A stretch of 64,000 nt of DNA. Source: Candidatus Babelota bacterium (lineage in GTDB: Bacteria; Babelota; Babeliae; Babelales; CAIQNR01). The DNA lies in NCBI GenBank assembly GCA_965658655.1, contig CBFHTA010000001.1:72722-136721 (forward strand), read 5' to 3'. Below are positions 39,007 through 49,283 of this stretch, one piece after another; within the stretch, counting starts at the first letter, position 1, and each line of letters starts with the position of its first letter. A program made the position numbers and the translations under genes. The notes under the pieces are model-generated. The model saw only the letters and a list, made by a program, of their open reading frames with translations, was not told where the DNA came from and ran no database searches.

Positions 39007-41178
39007 TTATTCCGCTACTACTTCCTTAGTTCCACCGCCGCGACATGCTAAGTCATCGATTGTCAGTGTTAATTCTGACACCGTATTAAGACGTTTTAAA
39101 TCAATAGGCATCACTCTTTTTTCTTTTTTTAAACTTTCAAAGAATTTATTCATCAAGATTTCGTGACCTTTATCCTGTGACTGCATTGTTTCATTAAATC
39201 CAGGAGAAGTACCAAACCCTTTGAGAGTTTTATAATCATCCATCACAATAGATTTTGAATCAAAGAACACTTCCATACGCTCTTTACCAAGACCAGAGTG
39301 TCCAATTGCTGTGTACAATAAAGAACAAATAGAACCATCATCAAAACTAATTTGCACAGAGAAATTATCTGTTGGAAACAGGTTGTCTCCCTGTGGCTTG
39401 AGCGCTTCAACTGATACAGAAGATGGATTAGCTCCTGTTAAAAAACAGAATAAATCAAAAATATGACACGCTTCACCAATAATTCGACCTGCTCCAATAT
39501 CTGTTTGCACCCAATGATCAGCTGTAATATATCCAGCATTCATACGATATTGAATAACAAGCGGCGTCTTACGCTCTGAAACTTCCCACTTAATCTTTTG
39601 AACAAACGGCGCAAAAGAACGGTTATAATCTACACAGAAAGGTGCCGTTGGGTTATTTGCCAAAAACTCACTCAATTGCTTATGCTGCTCAAAAGTTGTA
39701 ACCATTGGCTTTTCAACAAATACCGCTTTGCCATAAGACAATGCATTAATTATTTGATCGCAATGAAACTTATGAGGAGACGCAATAACAAGCGCATCAA
39801 CTAAATCTTCTTCAAATAGTTCCCTATCATCAACCAGCGCTTTAGCTGGTCCATACGTCCTACTTGTATTCTCTGCAACCGTAATATTTGCATCAACAAT
39901 TGCAGAAATCTTCACACCTGGAATATTTTTCACCAAAGGTAAAAGCTTTACCTGAGCAAACCCTCCTACCCCGACAAAGCCTACTCTTAGAGAATCTTTA
40001 ATTGCAGGAATAAAGGTAATATTTTTTTGTGGAAGTGGTTCATGAACCGTAGGAATAAAAGATTCATCTTCTTTAGGAGTATAACGAATAACAACACCTA
40101 AAGCCTTTTGCTCTTGAATCAATTCATACGCTTTGGCAACATCATCTACATGAAACTCATGTGTAATAAGTTTATCGAGCGATAATTTATTTTGAGCAAT
40201 AAGCTGAGTGATTGCTTGCATATTTCGATTCTCTGTCCAGCGAACATAGTCGTAAGGATAATCCTTTCCATCAATTTCGTATGACTTGTCATAACGGCCA
40301 GGACCATAAGAACACGAAATAAGAAAGTCTATTTCTTTCTTATACATAGGATTACGTTGCAAGTTTAATCCTACATCACCAACCACAACAACTTTACCTT
40401 TGCGACGAGTAATTTCCATTGCTTGCTGCACTACTTCATTGCTTGCTGTAGCAGCAGTAATAATGGTACAATCAACGCCATGATGATTCGTTAAAAAATC
40501 TAATTCTTTTTTTAACCCTTCACCACCTTTATACACATAATCGGCACCCAAATCTTTTGCAGTATCAAGACGGTCTTGCAAGAGATCAACACCTATAACA
40601 GTAGCTCCTGCATTTTTTGCAAGCTGAACGGTTACTTGCCCTAAAAGTCCTAACCCTACCACGCAAACCGTTTCTCCTAGCTGAATTTGGGCTCGACGGA
40701 GACCTTGTAATGCAATAGAACCAATTGTAGTAATACTTGCATTTCTTACAGCATCTTTTTTTGGAACTGTAACGGCTAAATGCTCTGGAATACAAACCAC
40801 ATCAGCATGATTAGCCCACCCTGCTCCAGCGCAAGCAACATAATCACCAGGTCTAAACTGTGTTACTTTTTTACCAACAGCAATTACTTTTCCTGAGCAA
40901 GAATAGCCCAAAGCTTGGAGGGTTCCTTTTAATCTGCTCTCTACAAGAGCTCGTGTTCCTTGAACACCATGAGTAGCTAAAGACTTCAAAACGGCTTTTA
41001 TCTTTTGAGGAACATTACTCAGAAGAGGATTTTGAGCTGCATTTGCAATAGTAGCCGCCTCGGTTCCTGAACTAATAAAAGAATAATGCACAGAAACAAG
41101 CAATGCATTATCTGAAAGATGTGGTTGGGCTACTTTTTGAACAATCAGTTTTCCATTTTCTAAAAACACTTGTCTCAT
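39007..41178 (-). CDS. Bi-domain oxidoreductase (Zn-ADH-like plus Gfo/Idh/MocA)
   Basis: ISSGTE, GYSCSG, GLGLLG and SCSYGPGRYD...RWTENRN; second domain with GVGGFA, VEKP and GEACH. Confidence 0.9.
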   Translation of the reverse strand: MRQVFLENGKLIVQKVAQPHLSDNALLVSVHYSFISSGTEAATIANAAQNPLLSNVPQKIKAVLKSLATHGVQGTRALVESRLKGTLQALGYSCSGKVIAVGKKVTQFRPGDYVACAGAGWANHADVVCIPEHLAVTVPKKDAVRNASITTIGSIALQGLRRAQIQLGETVCVVGLGLLGQVTVQLAKNAGATVIGVDLLQDRLDTAKDLGADYVYKGGEGLKKELDFLTNHHGVDCTIITAATASNEVVQQAMEITRRKGKVVVVGDVGLNLQRNPMYKKEIDFLISCSYGPGRYDKSYEIDGKDYPYDYVRWTENRNMQAITQLIAQNKLSLDKLITHEFHVDDVAKAYELIQEQKALGVVIRYTPKEDESFIPTVHEPLPQKNITFIPAIKDSLRVGFVGVGGFAQVKLLPLVKNIPGVKISAIVDANITVAENTSRTYGPAKALVDDRELFEEDLVDALVIASPHKFHCDQIINALSYGKAVFVEKPMVTTFEQHKQLSEFLANNPTAPFCVDYNRSFAPFVQKIKWEVSERKTPLVIQYRMNAGYITADHWVQTDIGAGRIIGEACHIFDLFCFLTGANPSSVSVEALKPQGDNLFPTDNFSVQISFDDGSICSLLYTAIGHSGLGKERMEVFFDSKSIVMDDYKTLKGFGTSPGFNETMQSQDKGHEILMNKFFESLKKEKRVMPIDLKRLNTVSELTLTIDDLACRGGGTKEVVAE

Positions 41179-42527
41179 TTTTCTCTCTCTTTCTCTGATG
41201 AATTCGAAAAACCATAGTGTCTATTTTTATGTTCACTATCGCTTGTTTTTCCTGATGTTGGCCAATAAAACTGCTCTTGCTCTGCAGACTGTTGCCGATC
41301 CACATGAAACAATCCGCAAAAATCTAATACTTTTTTGTGAGCTAATATCTTTTTATCTAAAACCTTAAATTGACTATGGGCAACCAAGCAAACAATAACA
41401 TCCGCATCATTAACCCCGTCAAGCAACGAAACCGCCTTTGAACCTAAAGGAGTGCCTAACCTTTCTTTAGTAACATGTGGTTCACAAATTGTTACCTTTA
41501 CATCGTTAAATGTTTCTAATTTTTCTGCAATTTGAAAAGCTGGAGATTGGCGCAAATCATCTACATCGGGTTTATACGTTGCTCCAAGTATTAATATTTT
41601 ACATGATTTTTGATGAGTAATTTTCCATTTTTGAGCAACCTTAAGAATAGCTCCTAAAACTTCACGGGGTTTATTTTCATTAACCAAACGAGCCGTTTCT
41701 AACAACTTTGTATGCTCTGGAAAACTTTCAACTAAAAACCATGGGTCTACTGCTAAACAATGCCCTCCTACTCCGCAAGTAGGACGCAATAAGTTTACTC
41801 GAGGGTGCTTATTAGCAAGCTCTATTACTTCGTAAGGATCAATCCCAATACTATAAGCCATAGATGCAACTTGATGAGAAACCGCAATATTTACATCTCG
41901 ATAACTATTTTCAACAAGCTTGATCATTTCAGCTGTTTCAGCATTCGTTAAATATAAATCGCCACTCACAAAATATTTATAAAATGATGCAACGCGACGA
42001 GTCGACCCTCTATCTAAACCACCAATAACACGATCGTTAACTTTTAATTCATGGAAAATATTTCCCGGCAAAACTCGTTCTGGACAATGTGCCACAAAGA
42101 AATCTACACCAAAATCAAGACCTGTTTTCTCAGCGAGAAAGTTCGAAAGGTTTTTTGTAGTTCCTACAGGAACGGTCGACTCTAGAATAACAGTGTCGCC
42201 CTTTTTCAATACACTTGAAATTGAAGTTGCCGCCGAGAAAACAAAGGATAAATCAGCTTTTTTATCTTTAGTAAAAGGAGTAGGCACAGCAATAATAAAG
42301 TAATCTGCCTCTTCATAAATCTGAGAAGCTTTAAATGATTTTTTACTTAAAACATTGTGAAGCTTCTCTACAATCTCTGGTTCCTCAATAACTGGGCAAC
42401 ATTTATTGATACAGTCAATGCGATCTCCATCAATATCAACTCCTACCACTTCGAGCCCCGATTCCGCTGCTACAATGGCGGTAGGTAGTCCAATATATCC
42501 CAGACCCACAACACACACTTTCTTCAT
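41175..42527 (-). CDS. wecC: UDP-N-acetyl-D-mannosamine dehydrogenase (nucleotide-sugar dehydrogenase)
   Basis: GLGYIGLP, AVPTP, ESTVPVGTT, CPERVLPG, KLVENSYRDVNIA and GVGGHC motifs; adjacent to wecB. Confidence 0.88.
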   Translation of the reverse strand: MKKVCVVGLGYIGLPTAIVAAESGLEVVGVDIDGDRIDCINKCCPVIEEPEIVEKLHNVLSKKSFKASQIYEEADYFIIAVPTPFTKDKKADLSFVFSAATSISSVLKKGDTVILESTVPVGTTKNLSNFLAEKTGLDFGVDFFVAHCPERVLPGNIFHELKVNDRVIGGLDRGSTRRVASFYKYFVSGDLYLTNAETAEMIKLVENSYRDVNIAVSHQVASMAYSIGIDPYEVIELANKHPRVNLLRPTCGVGGHCLAVDPWFLVESFPEHTKLLETARLVNENKPREVLGAILKVAQKWKITHQKSCKILILGATYKPDVDDLRQSPAFQIAEKLETFNDVKVTICEPHVTKERLGTPLGSKAVSLLDGVNDADVIVCLVAHSQFKVLDKKILAHKKVLDFCGLFHVDRQQSAEQEQFYWPTSGKTSDSEHKNRHYGFSNSSEKEREK

Positions 42528-42537
42528 TGCTTCCTCT

Positions 42538-43716
42538 CTATCTAAAGTGTTTTTCTCGAACTCTTCCCAAAGAAGAAAGGTTCGCGGCAGCAGACAACTT
42601 TATAATATGAACAATTTTTTGAGCTGCATATCCATCACCATAAATTGTTCTCCGCACAGTCGACGTTTTTTGTAACAAAATTTCATATAATTTCTGAGAA
42701 AAGAGCCTTGGGTCTGTCCCAACAATCCAAGCTAACCCTTCCCAAACTCCTTCCATTCGTTCGCTTTTTTCACGCAGAATTAGAACCCGCTTCCCCAAAC
42801 TTACCGCTTCTTCTTGAATGCCACCGGAGTCGGTTGCCACAGCATCAGCATGCAATAATAAATAAACCAAATCTTTATAGCCTACTGGTTCAGTTAAAAA
42901 TACATTTCCAACATCTTTGAAATTAATTTTCTTAAGAGCTTGTGTTACTGCTGGATTTGGATGATAAGGATAAATGAATAACACATCAGGATTTTCAAGC
43001 GCAAAATCTTTGAGTGCCTTTATCATACGTTCAATACCGCCATTAAACGATTCTCTTCTATGCATGGTGAAAAGCACAATCTTTTGCTTACTTATCTGTG
43101 CCCCTGCAATAGCTCTCTCAATATCTGAACGAATTTTTAAAGTTCCTGAATTAATTTTTTCTTCAACAATGCGTAAAGCATCTACCACTGTATTGCCTGT
43201 GCAAAAAACAGTATCTCGTGAATTTCCTTCTGCAAGTAAATTAGCCGCAGCTGCTGTAGTTGGAGCAAAATGATATCTTGCAAAAAGACCTAAAGCAACA
43301 CGATTGAATTCTTCGGGATAGGGAGAATGCATATCACCCGTACGCAAACCTGCTTCAACATGGCCAACCGGAATTTGTTTGTAAAAAGCACTTAAGCCTG
43401 CTGCCATGGTTGTAGTAGTATCTCCATGCACAAGAACTAATGATGGTTCTACCTTTTCAAAAAGCATTTTCATCCCACTCAGCACTTGCTGAGTAACATG
43501 AAACAAATCTTGGTTTTTTTGCATAACACCCAACTCAACGTCTGGTTTTACGTCAAAAATCTCGAATACTTCTGTTAATAAATTTTTGTGTTGAGTTGTT
43601 GAACAAAGAAAAACAGGAATCGAAGCTTTCTTTAAAGCAAAATAAACTGGCATCATCTTGATACCTTCAGGACGCGTTCCTACTACAAGCATTACTGGAG
43701 CTGCTGTTTGATGCAT
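42538..43716 (-). CDS. wecB: UDP-GlcNAc 2-epimerase (non-hydrolysing)
   Basis: GTRPEGIK, HGDTTT, HVEAGLRT, PEE, GNTVVDA, HRRE and DSGGIQEEA motifs. Confidence 0.95.
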   Translation of the reverse strand: MHQTAAPVMLVVGTRPEGIKMMPVYFALKKASIPVFLCSTTQHKNLLTEVFEIFDVKPDVELGVMQKNQDLFHVTQQVLSGMKMLFEKVEPSLVLVHGDTTTTMAAGLSAFYKQIPVGHVEAGLRTGDMHSPYPEEFNRVALGLFARYHFAPTTAAAANLLAEGNSRDTVFCTGNTVVDALRIVEEKINSGTLKIRSDIERAIAGAQISKQKIVLFTMHRRESFNGGIERMIKALKDFALENPDVLFIYPYHPNPAVTQALKKINFKDVGNVFLTEPVGYKDLVYLLLHADAVATDSGGIQEEAVSLGKRVLILREKSERMEGVWEGLAWIVGTDPRLFSQKLYEILLQKTSTVRRTIYGDGYAAQKIVHIIKLSAAANLSSLGRVREKHFR

Positions 43717-43871
43717 TGACTACTCCTTCACGCATCATTTGTACTTCAACTTCTTTTCTTAATCGAATAACAATAGCACATATCCGATGGTTGGCAAGCA
43801 AAAAAGATTTAAAAAAATGCACTTTATGATTAGACTATTTTAATGAACAGATCAAAACAAAGGACCAAAGA

Positions 43872-44372
43872 ATGAAAATACTTTACGCTCCTTGGCGAGA
43901 AGATTACACAACCTCTTCTGCACGGAGCACAGACAATAAAGAATCATGCGTATTCTGCGACCAGCTGAGAGATCAAGACGATGAAAAACACTTTATTGTT
44001 ACCAGGTTTAAACATTGCTATGTCGTATTAAACCGCTATCCCTATAATGGAGGGCATCTCCTCGTTCTCCCGCTTGAACATACTCAAAAACTTTCCGCAC
44101 TTTCTTCAGAAGCCCGCACAGAACTCATGGAAGTTGTAACTCACTGCTCAACTATCCTAGAAAAAGAACTTAATGCACAAGGCATTAATATTGGGCTTAA
44201 TCAAGGCAAAGCTGCAGGAGCAGGTTTACCCTCTCATCTACACTTTCATGTTCTCCCTCGCTGGGCTGGAGATACTAACTTTTTACCCACATTAGCTCAA
44301 ACAAAAACCGTATCGGTTAGCTTAGAAGATCTTTATAATAAGCTTAAACCTCACCTTGACAAGCTTAAATAA
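43872..44372 (+). CDS. HIT family hydrolase (Ap4A phosphorylase/FHIT-like)
   Basis: APWR, CVFC, LNRYPYNGGH and HLHFHVLPRW (histidine triad). Confidence 0.92.
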   Translation: MKILYAPWREDYTTSSARSTDNKESCVFCDQLRDQDDEKHFIVTRFKHCYVVLNRYPYNGGHLLVLPLEHTQKLSALSSEARTELMEVVTHCSTILEKELNAQGINIGLNQGKAAGAGLPSHLHFHVLPRWAGDTNFLPTLAQTKTVSVSLEDLYNKLKPHLDKLK

Positions 44373-44459
44373 GTTTAAAAAGGGTTTTTTACTTATTTGC
44401 TCCAATACCGTATACTAGACAAGGTATTAAGTGAGAAATCTTATTTGTGAGGTTATGGT

Positions 44460-45272
44460 ATGAAATTGTATAAATGCATTCTTATGGTACTTTTAGGCGG
44501 TACCTTAAATATTAATGCTCGTATTCCTAAAGAAGTCGTTGAAAACATGACCTCTTCGCATCGATGTGAAGCAACAAATGCTGCTTTTTCTTCATTTGAT
44601 TCGGCCCTACAAAAAATGGATCCTTTTCCCCTAAGATCAGGCCCCCTGAATCTTAACACCCATAAAAATATAAAGACTGCCTTAAACGGCCTCTCAAAAA
44701 AAACTGATTCTAACTCCTTTAGGGAACTCCTTTCTAAAACAACTGAATGGTCAATCGAAAACCTTACTCCTGTTATTGCTGAAATTCGAAAAGACATAAC
44801 TCCAAAAATAGAACAAGCAAAAACAGTTTTAGTTTCAAAGTTACCCACAGCAGAATCTATAAGCACAATAGGTAAAGAAATATCTGAAAAAGCTATTGAA
44901 AATCTCACTCCTGTTATTACTAAAACTCGCAAAGACATAGCTCTGAAAATAGAACAGGCAAAAACATTTCTAGCCGCAAAAATAACTCAAGTAGAAGCTC
45001 TTAAGAACGCTGGGGAAGCAACAAATGAAGTTCCCTCTTCTACTAAAATGGAATGCGGAAGTCTTGAAAACAAACTATCAGACTTCAAAGAAGCATTCGA
45101 AAAATTAGAACCAAGTGCAGAGAAAACTTCTAGCTCCAACAGTCGTTTCTGCGATATTTTAAACAATCGCTGGACGATAAGTGCTGCTGTAGTTATCGGC
45201 ATAATTATCTACACAAGATACAAATATAAAAAATCACAAAGACAACCTGAAGGGGACGACTATGGACTATAA
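44460..45272 (+). CDS. Hypothetical exported protein with internal repeat and C-terminal TM
   Basis: Signal peptide, duplicated IENLTPVI..RKDI..KIEQAKT segment, C-terminal TM and basic tail. Confidence 0.75.
   Translation: MKLYKCILMVLLGGTLNINARIPKEVVENMTSSHRCEATNAAFSSFDSALQKMDPFPLRSGPLNLNTHKNIKTALNGLSKKTDSNSFRELLSKTTEWSIENLTPVIAEIRKDITPKIEQAKTVLVSKLPTAESISTIGKEISEKAIENLTPVITKTRKDIALKIEQAKTFLAAKITQVEALKNAGEATNEVPSSTKMECGSLENKLSDFKEAFEKLEPSAEKTSSSNSRFCDILNNRWTISAAVVIGIIIYTRYKYKKSQRQPEGDDYGL
44754..44972 (+). repeat. Two imperfect ~78-bp direct repeats, 141-bp period
   Basis: Copies start at 44754 (atcgaaaaccttactcctgttatt...) and 44895 (attgaaaatctcactcctgttatt...). Confidence 0.8.
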
Positions 45273-45630
45273 AATTCTTTCAGCATTCGTTCTATTAACA
45301 ACGCCAAGTGTAATGTTGCCTAAAATGTCGTGCACTCAAGTTGCAATACATAAAAAAGGTTTTGATGCTGCTTTTAAAAAATTCAAAAAAAAGCAAGAGA
45401 CATCTGTGGCCAAAAAAGCCCTACAAACATATACTGCTCACACTCCTCTAACTTACATAGACTTTAATGAACAAAATACTACTCATCCACTACTTCATAA
45501 AACAGAGATAAAATCTCCTTTAAGTATTTTATTAAAAGCATTCAGTGCAACTCTAGACATAGTGAACGATCCCTATCTTCGTCTTTTTGCTGTCATAGGT
45601 TTAATAGCCTATGCACGAAACAAAAAATAA
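45262..45630 (+). CDS. Hypothetical protein (signal peptide plus C-terminal hydrophobic tail)
   Basis: 122 aa; GGGG RBS; overlaps the upstream stop and is followed by a terminator. Confidence 0.6.
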   Translation: MDYKILSAFVLLTTPSVMLPKMSCTQVAIHKKGFDAAFKKFKKKQETSVAKKALQTYTAHTPLTYIDFNEQNTTHPLLHKTEIKSPLSILLKAFSATLDIVNDPYLRLFAVIGLIAYARNKK

Positions 45631-45644
45631 ATTTCTTAAATTTA

Positions 45645-45682
45645 GGGGGTCTAGATAAGATTTTTCTTATCTAGACCTTTTT
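45645..45682 (+). terminator. Intrinsic terminator
   Basis: ggtctagataaga-tttt-tcttatctagacc hairpin followed by a T-run. Confidence 0.85.
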
Positions 45683-45765
45683 CTTAGTCTATTGCCTTTA
45701 AGTTTCAAAATTGCTAAATCTAAAAGAATGTATTCTTTCATTCACATAAAAAAGGAGATCTTGCA

Positions 45766-46155
45766 ATGAAAATAGATACAGACCTAAAGAATCTCGTGCT
45801 TGTAATCGCTGTTGCTGTACTTATTCCTATGACAGTTAAATACGGCATCAAAGCATTCTCTCCAACTCCACGCCCTACAAACCACACACAACAGATTTTC
45901 TACGCTAAAATGGCTATTGGTGCTGCATGTCTTTACGCTGGAGCAAAAATGACTCCTGCTGTAATGGGTACTGGTGTATTCATTGGGGGTCTTGCTCTAA
46001 TGCTTAAAGGAGTACGTTGCTACTGGCCACACTTAGATTCTAAAATGCAATTCCTATTGCTATTATTAGGTCTTTGCTTGGTTTACTTCCTGATTCAACG
46101 TAAACACGGCGGAATGGGTGGATTGCGCAAAGTAGGCCGAGGACGCAGAAAATAG
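45766..46155 (+). CDS. Small 4-TM membrane protein with basic C-tail
   Basis: 129 aa, AAGGAG RBS, tail RKVGRGRRK, own terminator. Confidence 0.75.
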   Translation: MKIDTDLKNLVLVIAVAVLIPMTVKYGIKAFSPTPRPTNHTQQIFYAKMAIGAACLYAGAKMTPAVMGTGVFIGGLALMLKGVRCYWPHLDSKMQFLLLLLGLCLVYFLIQRKHGGMGGLRKVGRGRRK

Positions 46156-46176
46156 CTTTCTGTTTATCTAGAGTTT

Positions 46177-46205
46177 AAAGGACCCTTTCCGAAGGGTCCT
46201 TTTTT
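46177..46205 (+). terminator. Intrinsic terminator
   Basis: aaaggaccctt-tccg-aagggtccttt hairpin plus T-run. Confidence 0.9.
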
Positions 46206-46232
46206 GTTGCTTGCACACGTTTGTGCTATACT
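46204..46232 (+). promoter_or_regulatory. Putative alaS promoter
   Basis: TTGTTG, 17-nt spacer, extended -10 TGcTATACT. Confidence 0.5.
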
Positions 46233-46273
46233 AGTACGGTTAATATAAACAATTGTATCTGGATGGGAAGCCC

Positions 46274-48865
46274 ATGAAATCGTTGGATATCCGTAAAAAA
46301 TTTTTTGATTATTTTGTTAAGAACGGCCACGAACACGTTTCAAGTTCATCATTAATTCCGGCCCAAGACCCAACTCTTTTGTTCACCAATGCTGGAATGA
46401 ATCAATTTAAAGATTGTTTCCTTGGAGACGAAAAGAGAAGCTATACCCGTGCCACAACCATCCAGAAATGCGTGCGTGCCGGCGGCAAACATAATGATTT
46501 AGACAATGTAGGGTTCACCAAGCGTCATCTCACTTTTTTTGAAATGATGGGTAATTTCTCATTTGGCGACTACTTTAAAAAAGAAGCTATCCCCTTTGCA
46601 TGGAATCTTTTAACCAAAGGATATGGTCTTAACCCGGATAATCTTTATGTCTCTGTCTATAAAGATGACGATGAAGCTGCTGAAATTTGGGAGAAAGAAA
46701 TAGGTATACCTAAAGAACGTATTTATCGCTTTGGCAAAGAAGATAACTTCTGGCAAATGGGAGACACAGGACCCTGCGGTCCGTGTACCGAAATTTTTTA
46801 TGATACACGCCCACAAAATAAGCGCGATAAAGCTCCCGTACAAGAAGATTTTGATTCAGGGGAATTACTCGAAGTTTGGAATCTTGTATTCATGCAATAC
46901 AACCAACAAGAAGATGGTTCTTTTATAGAATTAGATCAAACTGGTGTTGATACTGGAATGGGGCTTGAACGTATCGCCTGTGTGTTACAAGGCAAAGATA
47001 ATGTATACGAAACAGATATCTTTACTCCTATTATTGCAGCAACAGAGAAACTAACCGGAATAGAATATATAAAACAAGATGCTCAAACTAAAGCAGCTTT
47101 TCATGTTCTAGCAGATCATATTCGTTCTGTTTCTTTAATTATCGCAGATGGTGCATCTCCTTCTAACGAAGGACGTGGATATGTTTTAAGAAAAATCATT
47201 CGTCGTGCAGCTTTGTTTACTCAAAAATTAACAAATAAAAACATCTTTCCTGAAGTGGCAAAAACATTTATTCAAGAAACAGCCAATATCTACCCCGAAC
47301 TAAAGACCAATGAAAAAATAATCATTTCTCTTTTAACTACTGAAATCGAACAGTTTGCTCACAACTTAGTTAAGGGTCAACAAATCTTAGATAGCTTTTT
47401 TAAGAAACAAGAAAAAGATACGGTCATTACCGGTGAACAAGCATTTAAATTGTACGATACCTATGGATTCCCTCTTGAAGTTACTATTTTAGCCGCCCAA
47501 GAAAACGGCTATTCTGTTGATGCTGATGCATTTAAAGAATGCATGGAAGAACAACGAAAACGTTCTGGGAAAAAAATGAAGCAAACAGAGAAAAAAATAG
47601 AACTACCAGAAAACATTAAAACTGAATTTGTGGGATACCAAGAGATTGTCACTGATTCAAAAATTGTAAGCTTAATCGTTGACGATCAAGCAACAGACTC
47701 AGTTGCTGAAGGTAAAGAATGTTGGATTATCACAGAAAGATGCCCATTCTTCCCAACCATGGGTGGACAAGTTGATGATACAGGAACAGTTACCATTCAT
47801 GGGAAAACAGTTGCTTTTACTGCACTTAAAAAAATTGGCCCTGCGATTGCGATAAAAATTAAATCGCCAGTAGCTTGCAAAGTAGGTGATACAGTAAGCC
47901 AACAAGTGGAAGAACAAATTCGCAAAGACACCATGAATAATCACACGGCAACTCACTTACTTCAAGCGGCTCTCATAGAGTTACTAGGCAAGCAAGTCAA
48001 ACAATCTGGTTCTGTAGTTAACCCTGATTACCTCCGCTTTGATTTCACCTACCACAAGAATTTAACTTCAGAAGAAATTAAAACAGTAGAAGACCGCGTT
48101 AACGGAATCATTAGAGATAATATTGTCGTTGATATTTTTGAAACCTCCCAAAAAAAGGCACTTGAGCGTGGGGTTCTTGCAATTTTTGGAGAAAAATATA
48201 ATCCAGAAAAAGTACGCGTTATTGATGTACCTGGTTTTTCAGCTGAACTCTGTGGAGGAACGCATGTTCCATCTACCGGAGTAATTGGCGCCTTTAAAAT
48301 CACCGAAGTCTCTGCACTCTCTGCAGGTAATCGTCGTATTTTTGCAGTTACCGGACAAAAAGCTTTAGAGTTAATGCAAAGCAACTTCAATACAGTAAAG
48401 ACTTTAAGCCAAGAATTTAAAGTAAAACCAAATGAAGTTATTGATACAATTGAAAAACAAAAACAGCAACTTCTTGAAGCGCAACAGCAAATAAAAATCC
48501 TTAAAAGAAGTGTAATTGACTCTCAAATCCCACTGTGGCAAAACAAGATAGAAGAAATCAATGGAGTACCATTCTTATACCTTGCCCTAGAAAGCTATGG
48601 GGCAGATGAGTTAAAAGTTATTGCAGAACAGCTTCAAAAGAAAACTCCTGGTTTCTATGTACTTGCCAGCAACAACGAAAACAAAGCTGCATTCTTTGCT
48701 TCACTCGCACCAGAATTTCAAGACACAATTGATATGAAAACATTTGCAACATGGTTAAAAGATGCAACTGGGATTCGTGGAGGCGGAAAAAAAGGAACCC
48801 TCCAAGGTGGAGGTCCAAAAATCACTAAAGATCTTACATCTCTTATTAAAGCAGGGCTCGCATAA
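46274..48865 (+). CDS. alaS: Alanine--tRNA ligase
   Basis: DPTLLFTNAGMNQFK, HLTFFEMMGNFSFGDYFK, editing HTATH and ELCGGTH, C-terminal GGG motifs. Confidence 0.98.
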   Translation: MKSLDIRKKFFDYFVKNGHEHVSSSSLIPAQDPTLLFTNAGMNQFKDCFLGDEKRSYTRATTIQKCVRAGGKHNDLDNVGFTKRHLTFFEMMGNFSFGDYFKKEAIPFAWNLLTKGYGLNPDNLYVSVYKDDDEAAEIWEKEIGIPKERIYRFGKEDNFWQMGDTGPCGPCTEIFYDTRPQNKRDKAPVQEDFDSGELLEVWNLVFMQYNQQEDGSFIELDQTGVDTGMGLERIACVLQGKDNVYETDIFTPIIAATEKLTGIEYIKQDAQTKAAFHVLADHIRSVSLIIADGASPSNEGRGYVLRKIIRRAALFTQKLTNKNIFPEVAKTFIQETANIYPELKTNEKIIISLLTTEIEQFAHNLVKGQQILDSFFKKQEKDTVITGEQAFKLYDTYGFPLEVTILAAQENGYSVDADAFKECMEEQRKRSGKKMKQTEKKIELPENIKTEFVGYQEIVTDSKIVSLIVDDQATDSVAEGKECWIITERCPFFPTMGGQVDDTGTVTIHGKTVAFTALKKIGPAIAIKIKSPVACKVGDTVSQQVEEQIRKDTMNNHTATHLLQAALIELLGKQVKQSGSVVNPDYLRFDFTYHKNLTSEEIKTVEDRVNGIIRDNIVVDIFETSQKKALERGVLAIFGEKYNPEKVRVIDVPGFSAELCGGTHVPSTGVIGAFKITEVSALSAGNRRIFAVTGQKALELMQSNFNTVKTLSQEFKVKPNEVIDTIEKQKQQLLEAQQQIKILKRSVIDSQIPLWQNKIEEINGVPFLYLALESYGADELKVIAEQLQKKTPGFYVLASNNENKAAFFASLAPEFQDTIDMKTFATWLKDATGIRGGGKKGTLQGGGPKITKDLTSLIKAGLA

Positions 48866-49275
48866 TGTCTCGAGGAAAAGACCGCGCAGGAATTATTATT
48901 GTTCAAGATGATCAAATACTTCTTATGTACAGAAAAAAAGGAAATACTGAATACTTTTGTATTCCTGGTGGGCATATAGAAGACGGAGAGGATCCTGAAA
49001 CAGCTGCTATACGAGAAATAAAAGAAGAAACTACACTTGATGTTGAGCTAACAGATTTTATGGTAGAACTAGAAAACCAAGGCAGAAAAGAAACCTACTT
49101 TCTTGCTAACCACTTCTCGGGAACACCAAAACTCAGTGGGGAAGAAGCAGATCGCAATTCTGAAGATGACGCTTTTGCATTAAAATGGATACCAATAGCA
49201 TTGCTTTCTAATCTTTTGATTTATCCAGAGCAACTTGGACTTAATCTGGCCCATATCATTAAAAGTCTTAAATAA
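48865..49275 (+). CDS. NUDIX hydrolase
   Basis: Nudix box PGGHIEDGEDPETAAIREIKEETTL. Confidence 0.9.
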   Translation: MSRGKDRAGIIIVQDDQILLMYRKKGNTEYFCIPGGHIEDGEDPETAAIREIKEETTLDVELTDFMVELENQGRKETYFLANHFSGTPKLSGEEADRNSEDDAFALKWIPIALLSNLLIYPEQLGLNLAHIIKSLK

Positions 49276-49283
49276 TCTTTAAA

